Virus record (IMG/VR): IMGVR_UViG_3300027793_000052
Coordinates: 1 to 64,000 of that record
Reading direction: 5' to 3' (one strand)
Length of the DNA: 64,000 nt
The notes below the pieces were generated by a model. That model did not search any database. It worked only from the letters and a program-made list of their open reading frames with translations, and had not been told where the DNA came from. Shown piece after piece: positions 45,820 through 55,048 of the stretch (position 1 is the stretch's first letter; the number at the start of each line of letters is the position of its first letter). Position numbers and translations under genes: made by a program.

Positions 45820-47282
45820 CTTTGTTCTCTTATTCTATCATCCACAAGTTTTGGTGGGGGTAGTATTTTAAGCATTGTATTTTTTTCATTTCTAGCTGTT
45901 TTTTTATCGTTACTTAAAAAAACAAACTTATCTGTTAATCTTACCACTGTTACATTAGTACCTGGACCCCACTTTCTACCCCTTTCTTTATACACAACAG
46001 TATCACCAATAGATAAATTTTTGGTGGATTGATTTATTTTGGTACCTTCTTCACCCATTATTTTATAAAAATTTAAAACTAATCTATACGCAATTTCTTC
46101 TTTTGCCTCACTATTTAAATCCTTAGTTACCCCATCTTCATCTAGTGATTTAATAATTTCTGATAATTTAACAATTTGATTTTTATCTTTTAAATTATTT
46201 AAAAAATAATAACCAAAATCATCTTGACTAAAATAATCCGACATATCTTCAAAGTTAGAGGTCAAAAGTAAAGAAATATCTAATGTTAAAAAAGGTATAT
46301 CGTAACCGTTATAGTTATTAAAATAACTATTCATCGGTAAACCCCTATAATTTATTATTATATCATTTAAAAAAGGAACATCTTGAATGACACCATTTAA
46401 CATTTTAGGGAAAATATGTATGTAACCACGGTTAGTTGTAATACCTGCGACATAAGGTTTTAATTTATCAAGAAAGGTATTAATTTTATTTTTTTTATTT
46501 TTTACAATATCACCTACATATTTTTTACAAGCCTCGATACCATCTTTAGGTAAGATAGTTATCATAAAAGAAGATTCCATTCTTTGGTCCTCCATCGAAT
46601 ACCATTCCCAATCAATTGGTTTTTCAAAAAAAGGAAACTTTATATGGACGGCTATTTTGTAATTTCCAACTTCCTGACCTCTAGTTGGGTGTAATTCTTT
46701 TTTATCTAACCAAAATATCAAAGAACCTTCTTTAGAGTATCTATTCCAATAATTTGAATTAGATGTTGACACACACCAACTTGAGTGTATTCCGTATTTA
46801 CATGAAGCCTCATGTGTTAAAGGTGAAATAAGTAACCATCTATCATCCTCCCAAATTTTAACCCTATTAGCTGTGGCCGGTTTTAATTCTTCAAAGTACT
46901 CACACATTGGTTTTATCCAAAGGTGTGAAACATAAGAGTTAATATCTTTTGGTGCTTTTTTAATCCTATCAAATTCTTTTTTTTGTTCTTCACTTGGATT
47001 TTGGAAGTTTTGTTCACTATATATTGCGGCAACAGTTTTGTCATTTAAACGATTAGTATTTGTATGAAAACATTTAACCGCATCAATTATTTCATTACCA
47101 CTTTCCGGTGAAATAATAATATTTTTAACCATCCACTCAAGGTATTTGTTATTACCTGAGGGGTCGTTTCCAGATAAAGAACGTATGGTTTCTTCATCTA
47201 CATTATTATATTTTTTAATGACATCCTCTAAACGCCCTTCATTTATAATCTGCTCTAATATAATGTATTTAATATTTGTCAT
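45795..47282 (-). CDS. DPSGNNKYL-family protein
   Basis: DPSGNNKYLEW and PLTHEASCKYG..WCV shared with 50324 and 55049 ORFs. Confidence 0.6.
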   Translation of the reverse strand: MTNIKYIILEQIINEGRLEDVIKKYNNVDEETIRSLSGNDPSGNNKYLEWMVKNIIISPESGNEIIDAVKCFHTNTNRLNDKTVAAIYSEQNFQNPSEEQKKEFDRIKKAPKDINSYVSHLWIKPMCEYFEELKPATANRVKIWEDDRWLLISPLTHEASCKYGIHSSWCVSTSNSNYWNRYSKEGSLIFWLDKKELHPTRGQEVGNYKIAVHIKFPFFEKPIDWEWYSMEDQRMESSFMITILPKDGIEACKKYVGDIVKNKKNKINTFLDKLKPYVAGITTNRGYIHIFPKMLNGVIQDVPFLNDIIINYRGLPMNSYFNNYNGYDIPFLTLDISLLLTSNFEDMSDYFSQDDFGYYFLNNLKDKNQIVKLSEIIKSLDEDGVTKDLNSEAKEEIAYRLVLNFYKIMGEEGTKINQSTKNLSIGDTVVYKERGRKWGPGTNVTVVRLTDKFVFLSNDKKTARNEKNTMLKILPPPKLVDDRIREQRWIRKYII

Positions 47283-47521
47283 GGTATTAATTTAATTATT
47301 TATTCTAATAAATAAATATCAATTTATTTGTAATAATATCTTGACAGTAATATAAAAAATAAGTAATATTAACTTGTAATCGAAACGGTGAGACCGACAA
47401 CAAAACTCAGACAGTAAGGTTAAGGAAAGATTCGAGTGAATCATGGAAATAATCGAGGACTGTAATTATAAGAAAGGGTCTCTATTGATTAATAGGAGGT
47501 AACCCGAAAGTTACCACATAC

Positions 47522-47594
47522 GCGGAAGTAGTTTAACTATTAGAACACAACACATCCTGTGTTGGGGTAACAGTGAAAATCTGATTCTTCTGCT
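47522..47594 (+). ncRNA. tRNA-Gly-like RNA with non-canonical loop, copy 1
   Basis: GCGGAAG/CTTCTGC, U73; CAACA-CATCCTG-TGTTG; T-loop TGAAAAT. Confidence 0.55.
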
Positions 47595-47603
47595 CTAATA
47601 AAC

Positions 47604-47673
47604 GCGGAGGTCGTATAATGTTAATATGTCGTACATCCTGTATGAAGATTGTGGACGAACCCACACTTCCGCT
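47604..47673 (+). ncRNA. tRNA-Gly-like RNA with non-canonical loop, copy 2
   Basis: GCGGAGG/CTTCCGC, U73; TCGTA-CATCCTG-TATGA; T-loop ACGAAC. Confidence 0.55.
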
Positions 47674-47715
47674 CAACCCATAACCCGATAATAAAATATC
47701 GGGTTTTTTTATACG

Positions 47716-48138
47716 ATGGAAAAATTAAAAGTAGGTGATTTCGTTTCTTGTTTCTATAGTTTTAGAACTGGTACCGCTTACGGTAAAGTTTTAAAAATAC
47801 ATGATTTAAAAAATAATATAGATTGTGATGAATACGGTCCTATTATTACAGGTATGGGTGATGAGAATAGTAAACTTAAAGTAACCGTAAAAATATTAGG
47901 TTATGATATGGGTGAAGATTACGGTATTAACAGTTTAGGTGAAATTGTTGAAGATGTTGAAGAGACTAGGGAGTTGGATGTACATAAAATTTTCTACATT
48001 ATAGATGAGAAACTAATTCGTGAAATGAGAATTGAGTGGGAGAATTTAATGAAAAAGAAGTTAGATTTCTTATATAAAAACATTAATAGGGATGTTTTGT
48101 CAGGCAGAAAAACCATCAAAGGGTTAAATATGACTTAA
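47716..48138 (+). CDS. Hypothetical protein
   Basis: ORF track. Confidence 0.5.
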   Translation: MEKLKVGDFVSCFYSFRTGTAYGKVLKIHDLKNNIDCDEYGPIITGMGDENSKLKVTVKILGYDMGEDYGINSLGEIVEDVEETRELDVHKIFYIIDEKLIREMRIEWENLMKKKLDFLYKNINRDVLSGRKTIKGLNMT

Positions 48139-48141
48139 TAA

Positions 48142-48367
48142 ACCTTTCGTTTATGGGTCTCCCACAACCAAGGTTTAAAAAGGGATCTTAAAAAATGGAC
48201 TGTAGACACCTTTCGTTTATGGGTCTCCCACAACAAACTTGCGGTGGAGTGGGGAGTTAAATTTAGCTGTAGACACCTTTCGTTTATGGGTCTCCCACAA
48301 CAGTTCATCAACCGTACCGTCAATTGGTGAAGCTGTAGACACCTTTCGTTTATGGGTCTCCCACAAC
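48142..48367. CRISPR. CRISPR-like mini-array B: 3 full and 1 truncated 36-nt repeats, spacers of 30/31/30 nt
   Basis: GCTGTAGACACCTTTCGTTTATGGGTCTCCCACAAC at 48199, 48266, 48332 and partial at 48142; unique spacers; repeat can fold into a hairpin; no cas gene seen. Confidence 0.65.
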
Positions 48368-48675
48368 ATATTAACACATATTTTCTGAAATTCTGGGTAA
48401 GAAACCCCCATTTTTTGACATTTTTTCCAGATTTTACCATAATCAACATATAAAACCGGTTTCTGATCACCAGTATCTATATTATCTAAAAATAAAAAAT
48501 CCCCATTTTTATCAATATATTTTGTCCATCCTGGTTGTTTTTTTGATCCTACCAAGTTACATTCTGATAATTTATCATAAATAAATTTTTCTGCCTCAGA
48601 TAATTCTGGAATATCATCAAACCAATCTAAATTTTCTATGGATTCTTTTAATATTTTTTTAATTAAATTCCTCAT
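48217..48675 (-). CDS. Leader-bearing protein reading in frame into array B
   Basis: MRNLIKKILKE; LWETHKRKVSTA occurs twice, encoded by the repeats. Confidence 0.65.
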   Translation of the reverse strand: MRNLIKKILKESIENLDWFDDIPELSEAEKFIYDKLSECNLVGSKKQPGWTKYIDKNGDFLFLDNIDTGDQKPVLYVDYGKIWKKCQKMGVSYPEFQKICVNMLWETHKRKVSTASPIDGTVDELLWETHKRKVSTAKFNSPLHRKFVVGDP

Positions 48676-48732
48676 ATCATATAAATATTTTGTATATTTG
48701 TAAAAATTAAAATAAATAGACCTCTCTAAGAG

Positions 48733-49251
48733 ATGGAAAATTTAGTATTAAAAGGTAAAATAATATTTGATCCTGAAAACAGAACCAGGAAACACAACCG
48801 TCAGGCTGATTGGAAACGTATTGCCATGGTTCATTTTGATGGTGAGATGTGTGATTATTATGCTTGGTTTATTGAACGTAGATATAATATAAAACTAAAT
48901 AAACCACTTAGAGGTTCACACATTACCTTTATTAATGATAGTACTAAGGACCTGACTAAGAATTTTACAATACCCGTCAAAGTTATTAATGACAATTGGT
49001 CTAAACTTAAAGATAAGTGGGATGGTAAAGAAATAGAAGTTACTTTAAACCTAGATTTACGTTCCAACGGGGAACATTGGTGGATGAAAGTTCATTCACA
49101 ATCATTCGAGGATATTAGAACCGAAATAGAATTAGGTAGACCTTTCTTTAACTATCACATGACTATTGGTTATGCTAATGAACGTAATATAGAACATTCT
49201 GAATATATTGTTGGTCTCATAGATAAATTTGGTAATAATTATGGTATATAA
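48733..49251 (+). CDS. 2H phosphoesterase-family protein
   Basis: Two HxT motifs: SHITF and YHMTI. Confidence 0.65.
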   Translation: MENLVLKGKIIFDPENRTRKHNRQADWKRIAMVHFDGEMCDYYAWFIERRYNIKLNKPLRGSHITFINDSTKDLTKNFTIPVKVINDNWSKLKDKWDGKEIEVTLNLDLRSNGEHWWMKVHSQSFEDIRTEIELGRPFFNYHMTIGYANERNIEHSEYIVGLIDKFGNNYGI

Positions 49252-49278
49252 TACCAACAAATTGATTATAATTGTAAA

Positions 49279-49830
49279 ATGAAAATTATAGAAACTAAAA
49301 TAAAAGATTTGGTTATCATTAAACCAAAAGTTTTTAAAGATGACAGAGGTCATTTTCTTGAAACTTATAATCAAACCGTGTTTGAAAAATTGGGCATAAA
49401 TTTCGGTGACTTTCACCAAGACAATCAATCTTTATCTAAAAAAGGTGTATTAAGAGGTTTACACTTTCAAAAGGGTGAACACGCCCAAGCCAAATTGGTT
49501 AGAGTTATAAAAGGTTCAGTTTTAGATGTGGCGGTTGACCTGAGAGAAGGTTCACCAACTTACGGTGAATGGAAATCTGTTTTGTTAACTAGTGATAATA
49601 ATGTTATGTTTTTTATACCGGAAGGTTTTGCACATGGATTTATTACACTAGAAGATGATACAATATTTAGTTACAAATGTAATAAACCTTACAACAAAGA
49701 ATTTGAATCCGGTATTTTGTGGAATGATCCTGATTTAAACATAGATTGGATGTTATACGGTGATGAACCAATAATGTCAGGAAAAGACCTAACTTTACCA
49801 ACCCTTGAGGAATTAAATCAAAACTTATAA
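49279..49830 (+). CDS. rfbC: dTDP-4-dehydrorhamnose 3,5-epimerase
   Basis: VFKDDRGHF, QDNQSLS..GVLRGLHFQ, QAKLVRV, PEGFAHGF. Confidence 0.95.
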   Translation: MKIIETKIKDLVIIKPKVFKDDRGHFLETYNQTVFEKLGINFGDFHQDNQSLSKKGVLRGLHFQKGEHAQAKLVRVIKGSVLDVAVDLREGSPTYGEWKSVLLTSDNNVMFFIPEGFAHGFITLEDDTIFSYKCNKPYNKEFESGILWNDPDLNIDWMLYGDEPIMSGKDLTLPTLEELNQNL

Positions 49831-49844
49831 AATTTTAAAATTGA

Positions 49845-50249
49845 ATGGAAAAATTTAAAGTGGGTGATGTCGTTAGATTGACCAATGGTTTGACTGCAAA
49901 GGTTTTAAATAAACCTGGTACTTTTATGTCAAACGGTTCTTATGAAATAATGTTGGTGGAGTATACTATGAACGGTAGGATTTTACCTATAAAAGACAGT
50001 AAAAAATGGATTAAACCTGACGAAATTGCCTATAGTTTAACACAAACTGACACACATGAACCTCTTGAAAATTACATGGAAATTATCTATAACGGTCAAG
50101 AAATAGTCTTCATACCAAAAGATATTAGTAAAGTAGAATTGGTTAAAGATGAAAACGGTTTTCAAACAATCAGACTCCATTATGAAGGTCACATACATGG
50201 TAGTATAAACATTCTAATTGGTGATAATAAAATAGAAAATAATGGGTAA
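49845..50249 (+). CDS. Hypothetical protein
   Basis: ORF track. Confidence 0.5.
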   Translation: MEKFKVGDVVRLTNGLTAKVLNKPGTFMSNGSYEIMLVEYTMNGRILPIKDSKKWIKPDEIAYSLTQTDTHEPLENYMEIIYNGQEIVFIPKDISKVELVKDENGFQTIRLHYEGHIHGSINILIGDNKIENNG

Positions 50250-50323
50250 GATTTTGTCAAAATGACCAAACAAACATGGAAAATCTAAGTTTAATTTATT
50301 AATGTTAGATAAAAGTTTTAAAT

Positions 50324-51265
50324 ATGAATAAGAAAGAATTAAAAAACCTAAATAAAGATTTGGAAATACATTTGGTTGACATAATCAACATGTTTGACCC
50401 TTCTAAGACAAATAAATACACTAAATTCTTAGTTGATATGTTTAAAAATTATATTTCTGAAAAAAATGAAAAAATTTCAAATAGGGACATACCATTAATT
50501 GGTAAAATAACTGGGGTGAAAGATGATAATGAGTTTTTATATAAAATACCACAATCTAAAAATGAACTAGAAGAAGTATTAGTTGATTATATTCACGATG
50601 TTTTTAGTTATGAAAGATTAGAATCCTTACACAAATTTGACTACCATTTAAAGTTTGGTAGAATACCTCTTGAATATCGTGATATAAACAAATGTAATAG
50701 TTGGGACGATATTGTTCGTCTTAGTTCTTTAGCTACAATTAAAGAAAAAGAAAAATCACTAGAAAAAGAAATTTTAAAAGTTTACGAAGATAATTCTTGG
50801 CTCGCAATTAAACCATTAACTTTTAAAGCTTCATTGGCATATGGTTCTGGCACAAAATGGTGTACAGCCTCAAAAAACAACAAAGATTATTTTTATAGAT
50901 ATTCTAGAAATGGTGTTTTGATTTATGTAATTAGTAAGGAAAGTGGTAGAAAATTTGGTGTGTATTATACTGATTATGATGTGTTAACACCAGAATTTTC
51001 TGTATGGAATGAAATTGATAATAGAATTGACACTATTCAAACGGGTATACCTTCTGATGTGATGTCTGAAATTTATAAAAATTGTGTATCAGATATGAAA
51101 AACGTAAAATATTTTTCTGAAGAAGAATACCTAAAAAGTGAAAAGTATTATATACCAGAAGTAGTACCGATACAACAAATTGACGAAGAAGAAGCTAATA
51201 TCATATATAATTATGGTGTTGATTACGAGACACCAGACACACCCCCAAGAGAAACCGATTTTTAA
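50324..51265 (+). CDS. DPS-family protein (PLT..AS..YG..WC motif)
   Basis: FDPSKTNKY, KPLTFKASLAYGSGTKWCTAS. Confidence 0.6.
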   Translation: MNKKELKNLNKDLEIHLVDIINMFDPSKTNKYTKFLVDMFKNYISEKNEKISNRDIPLIGKITGVKDDNEFLYKIPQSKNELEEVLVDYIHDVFSYERLESLHKFDYHLKFGRIPLEYRDINKCNSWDDIVRLSSLATIKEKEKSLEKEILKVYEDNSWLAIKPLTFKASLAYGSGTKWCTASKNNKDYFYRYSRNGVLIYVISKESGRKFGVYYTDYDVLTPEFSVWNEIDNRIDTIQTGIPSDVMSEIYKNCVSDMKNVKYFSEEEYLKSEKYYIPEVVPIQQIDEEEANIIYNYGVDYETPDTPPRETDF

Positions 51266-51290
51266 TAATTAAAAAAATAAAAAATATAAT

Positions 51291-51527
51291 ATGTTATTTG
51301 TAATTGAAGAAAATAAAACAAAAATGGCTCCACTAAAAAGCGGAGCTTTGATTGAATTAGACACATTTGGAAATGTGTGGTATAAATCTGATATAGATGT
51401 TGTGTTAGGTAAAGTTGTCAAGGATAAGTTTATACCTTTAACCAATAAAGAATTTAATTCAGATATGTTATTAGCGATAGCTAAAGTAGTCAACCAAGAA
51501 AGTATTGTTGATGAAATAAAAAAGTAA
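51291..51527 (+). CDS. Hypothetical protein
   Basis: ORF track. Confidence 0.45.
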   Translation: MLFVIEENKTKMAPLKSGALIELDTFGNVWYKSDIDVVLGKVVKDKFIPLTNKEFNSDMLLAIAKVVNQESIVDEIKK

Positions 51528-51582
51528 TTCTTTATGAAACCCCTTTACCGAGGGGTTTTTTATTTTAAGATGATATTTATTA

Positions 51583-52779
51583 ATGATGAATACTATCCGT
51601 AAAATTATTAAAGAACAATTACTCACTGAAAAGGCTGGAATATCGGAAATTGTTAGAAAATGGGCTACAATATTAAAAAATGAAGTAGACGAAAATTTAA
51701 AAATTCATAGAGAAGAACAACACAAAAAATATTCCCAAAAAACAAAGGGTATTTCATACCCATCCATGAGTGATATTTTTGATGTAAATTTAGATAAGCC
51801 TGTAAACCCTGAAGATGATCCTTTTTATTGGGAGGATGACACTAGTAAAGGAAAAAATTATTATAAGAAAGGTTATGATGATTATATGAGAGAGGATTAT
51901 AGGTCTAGACAGAGTTACAGTCAAATGTACGAACCTTTAGCCGAGGTTGTGGTATACGGTGAGGATTACCCCAAAGAATACGAAGAATTTTCAGTAGATG
52001 TTTGGGTTCTAACAAATAGTAATCGTATTGAGTATGACCATTATGAATCTGGTTATGATGAAGATGGTTATTATATTGTTTACCTTAATATACCTTTAGC
52101 TGCCATGAGTATGTCCACTTTTATTCATGAAATTAAACATGCTTACGATGATTGGAATAGGATGCGAACCGGTGGTAAACCAATAAGAGATAGTTGGGAA
52201 ATTAAAAATATATACACAAAAGATTTTGAAAAGTTAATACTAGGTGCTTCGGTAAACTTTCCACAATTGGGTCCTATAATTCGTAATTATTATATGGGTT
52301 CTAAATTGGAAACACCTGCTTACTTGGAAAACGAATATGACAACGCAATGGTAAACTATCAAGATATTGGTAAAAAATTGATGAATTTTAAAGCATCTAC
52401 TTTTATGACCAAGGAAGGTGAACCGGCTAGAGGTTTGGGGGATGAGTTTAAAAAACTACAAAGTTACGATATACCTTTATTCAAAAAATTTGATAATGTT
52501 TTAGATTTTTTAAGGTATACAGAAAAATATTTCAACCAAAGAGGTGAAGACATTTTTAGACGAGTTAACAAAATGAGATACGTTCACGGTTTACCGGCTA
52601 AACAAGAACCTAAAAAATGGGAACCAAGTACAAAAACACAAAAAACAACAAGTACGAAGGGTACACAACAAGACCTTTTTAGTTCAAGTGAAGATTTTGA
52701 TGATTGGAAATATTCTAGAGAAAGGGGTTGGTATTATGCTGGTAAAGGTGGTGAAGATTTTAATGATTATTATTACTAA
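51583..52779 (+). CDS. HExxH putative metallopeptidase with leader motif
   Basis: MNTIRKIIKE; FIHEIKHAYDDW. Confidence 0.62.
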   Translation: MMNTIRKIIKEQLLTEKAGISEIVRKWATILKNEVDENLKIHREEQHKKYSQKTKGISYPSMSDIFDVNLDKPVNPEDDPFYWEDDTSKGKNYYKKGYDDYMREDYRSRQSYSQMYEPLAEVVVYGEDYPKEYEEFSVDVWVLTNSNRIEYDHYESGYDEDGYYIVYLNIPLAAMSMSTFIHEIKHAYDDWNRMRTGGKPIRDSWEIKNIYTKDFEKLILGASVNFPQLGPIIRNYYMGSKLETPAYLENEYDNAMVNYQDIGKKLMNFKASTFMTKEGEPARGLGDEFKKLQSYDIPLFKKFDNVLDFLRYTEKYFNQRGEDIFRRVNKMRYVHGLPAKQEPKKWEPSTKTQKTTSTKGTQQDLFSSSEDFDDWKYSRERGWYYAGKGGEDFNDYYY

Positions 52780-52789
52780 ATTAAATTAA

Positions 52790-53419
52790 ATGAACATTAG
52801 AAAAATAATAAAAGAAACTTTATTATTGGAAATAGGTGAAGCCAATGTAGAACCATTCATGTGGAAGTTGGCTAACAAGACAGACGATTTTTATATCTAT
52901 GAATTTAAAACGGCTGGAGGTTCAAACTTAAACATAAATGTTACGTTTTATAAATTAAGTCCCAAGATGATGTCTAACTTAGTTGATAGAGACAGAAGAT
53001 TACCAGAGGAGGCAATTAATTTAATTAAAAAAAATCCTACGGGTTATTGGGATGTTGAGTTTACTGTTGAAGAAGACAGAGGTAGTGCACTTGATAATCC
53101 TTATCTTACAATTAGTAAATCAGAGTTTAAATCAGATAAAATAGAGTTATTTAAAATATTATCCACCTTAAACAAAATTGTTAATGATTTTTTGTATAAA
53201 GAAAAAAATGTCAGAGGACTTACTTTTAAACCAGTAAATAGAAAAAGGGGGATGTTGTTTTTAACTTATTTTAAAAAACTTTTACCTGATGCACAAAAAA
53301 TGGTAACACATTATGGTGTTCATATTATTGTTTTGGATAAAAATTTAAATAAAGTGGATACAAGATTAAAAAAACAATCTTATCTGGATAGAAAAACGTT
53401 TGGTGATGATGAATATTAA
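52790..53419 (+). CDS. Hypothetical protein with MNIRKIIKE leader
   Basis: Leader motif. Confidence 0.6.
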   Translation: MNIRKIIKETLLLEIGEANVEPFMWKLANKTDDFYIYEFKTAGGSNLNINVTFYKLSPKMMSNLVDRDRRLPEEAINLIKKNPTGYWDVEFTVEEDRGSALDNPYLTISKSEFKSDKIELFKILSTLNKIVNDFLYKEKNVRGLTFKPVNRKRGMLFLTYFKKLLPDAQKMVTHYGVHIIVLDKNLNKVDTRLKKQSYLDRKTFGDDEY

Positions 53420-54191
53420 AAAAATAATAAAAAATATTCTAACAGAAAGTGCTGGTATCTCTTTTGAAGTAAGAGCTTGGTCTGATATTATTTATAACCT
53501 GTTGATAAATAACTCTGGTGATGAATTAATAGTTGATGGTCAAGAATATCCAGAAATATTTGAAAAATTTTCTGTTGATTATTTTGTTATTGATTTTAAT
53601 AAAAGATTAAATGGTTATTTAAATGAAACTTCTGGTTATGATAAAGACGGTAATTATGTGGTTCATATTTTAATTTTAGACAAACTTAAAGGTCACCCTT
53701 ATTTAAAAACCGTTTTAAATCACGAAATCAAACACGCATACCAAGATTGGCAAAGAATAAGTAAAGGTTATCCAAACATTAATTCAACAAAGGAATCCAT
53801 AAACATGTATACTCGTGATTTTATCAAAGTTTTAAATAATGAAACCCAAGTTAGTCAGATTTTTAAAGATGTATTAAAAGGTTATTACTTATTGTCAGAC
53901 TTAGAGTTAGACGCTTTTATGGAAAATGTTTATGACCGAGACATGATGAATGATTACAGAGGAATGGTTTCGGAGTTAAAAAATTTATATGTGTTCAAAG
54001 ACCTTCGTCATATAAGCCCAAAAATTTTAAAAAACGATTGGTCTCTTTTGATAAACATGGACATACCTTTTTTAAAAAAATATAAAAATTACAATTCATT
54101 TTTGAAAAAATCTAACGAATATTTTAAAACAAGAAGTGAGGAAATAATTCGTAAATTAAATAAAATGGAATATGTTCACAGAGGAAGATAA
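53409..54191 (+). CDS. HExxH putative metallopeptidase, paralog of 51583-52779
   Basis: LTESAGISFEVRAW versus LTEKAGISEIVRKW; LNHEIKHAYQDW. Confidence 0.62.
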   Translation: MNIKKIIKNILTESAGISFEVRAWSDIIYNLLINNSGDELIVDGQEYPEIFEKFSVDYFVIDFNKRLNGYLNETSGYDKDGNYVVHILILDKLKGHPYLKTVLNHEIKHAYQDWQRISKGYPNINSTKESINMYTRDFIKVLNNETQVSQIFKDVLKGYYLLSDLELDAFMENVYDRDMMNDYRGMVSELKNLYVFKDLRHISPKILKNDWSLLINMDIPFLKKYKNYNSFLKKSNEYFKTRSEEIIRKLNKMEYVHRGR

Positions 54192-54301
54192 ACATCCCGA
54201 TATTATTTTATTAGAAAATAAATTAATTAAAGTTGTTGGTGAAGAAGAGTATGAAAGAGCTGCTATATTGAAAAAGTGGATTGACTTGTTAGAAGAATAC
54301 C

Positions 54302-54598
54302 ATGAAAAGAAAAATATTAAGAAAAATAATAAAAGAAGAACTTCTTAGAGAACAAATTGTTTGTCACTTAGTAGCACCCAAAGGTAAAGGTAAGGGTGGT
54401 TACATGAGTAATGAAGAGGCTTTGGATTTAATAGATAAAATACAAATAGGGGGTCGAAAAGAAATTCATGACCCACAACTTTGGGCAAAATTTGTTGAGA
54501 CATTATCCGAATTTAGACAAAACATTAAAAATATTGACACCAACAACGATACTGTAGACACTTATTTACACAAATTGAGAGATTTGATTGGTTGTTAG
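54302..54598 (+). CDS. Small protein with ILRKIIKE leader
   Basis: Leader motif. Confidence 0.55.
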   Translation: MKRKILRKIIKEELLREQIVCHLVAPKGKGKGGYMSNEEALDLIDKIQIGGRKEIHDPQLWAKFVETLSEFRQNIKNIDTNNDTVDTYLHKLRDLIGC

Positions 54599-54635
54599 TC
54601 TTTTTAATTTCACAAATTTTTCATACTATTGTTTT

Positions 54636-54995
54636 ATGAAACTATTAGATAAATTTTATTACGAACCTATTTTGGGTTTATTTCACCTATCAGGTATTGA
54701 AAGAATTATTAATGTATTTGTTATTTTATCGATTGGGGCTTTTGTTGGTGCCAACAATGTAGATTTACTAAATAAAGTTAACCCCATTGAACAAATTGGT
54801 ATTTGGTATATAGTACCTTTTTTAGTTTTAAGTTATATAATAATGGAACCTATGATAAACTTAACACCAAAAACAGAAAAAAAAAGTTTTTCTTATTTTG
54901 TGATAAATGTTTTATCAATTTTGGTTACCATGTTAGTATTTGAGTTTATTTACAAATTGTTGTTAATCGTTTTTTTAGACTATTTTTTCAAATAA
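54636..54995 (+). CDS. Membrane protein
   Basis: Three hydrophobic segments. Confidence 0.5.
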   Translation: MKLLDKFYYEPILGLFHLSGIERIINVFVILSIGAFVGANNVDLLNKVNPIEQIGIWYIVPFLVLSYIIMEPMINLTPKTEKKSFSYFVINVLSILVTMLVFEFIYKLLLIVFLDYFFK

Positions 54996-55048
54996 CATGT
55001 GACTTTTTATGAATTTTTAATATTTATATAAAGATAAATTATATTAAT

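Noticed and set aside
48142-48367. Diversity-generating retroelement explanation for the repeats
   Set aside because: Spacers are unrelated to each other rather than adenine-specific variants, and no reverse transcriptase is in the window
48135-48470. Minus-strand 111-aa ORF through array B
   Set aside because: Alternative frame of the repeat region with no start context; the 48217-48675 frame has the leader, promoter and paralog
36367-49251. cas genes near the arrays
   Set aside because: No Cas1/Cas2, HEPN-pair or RuvC-type effector motifs recognised in neighbouring ORFs
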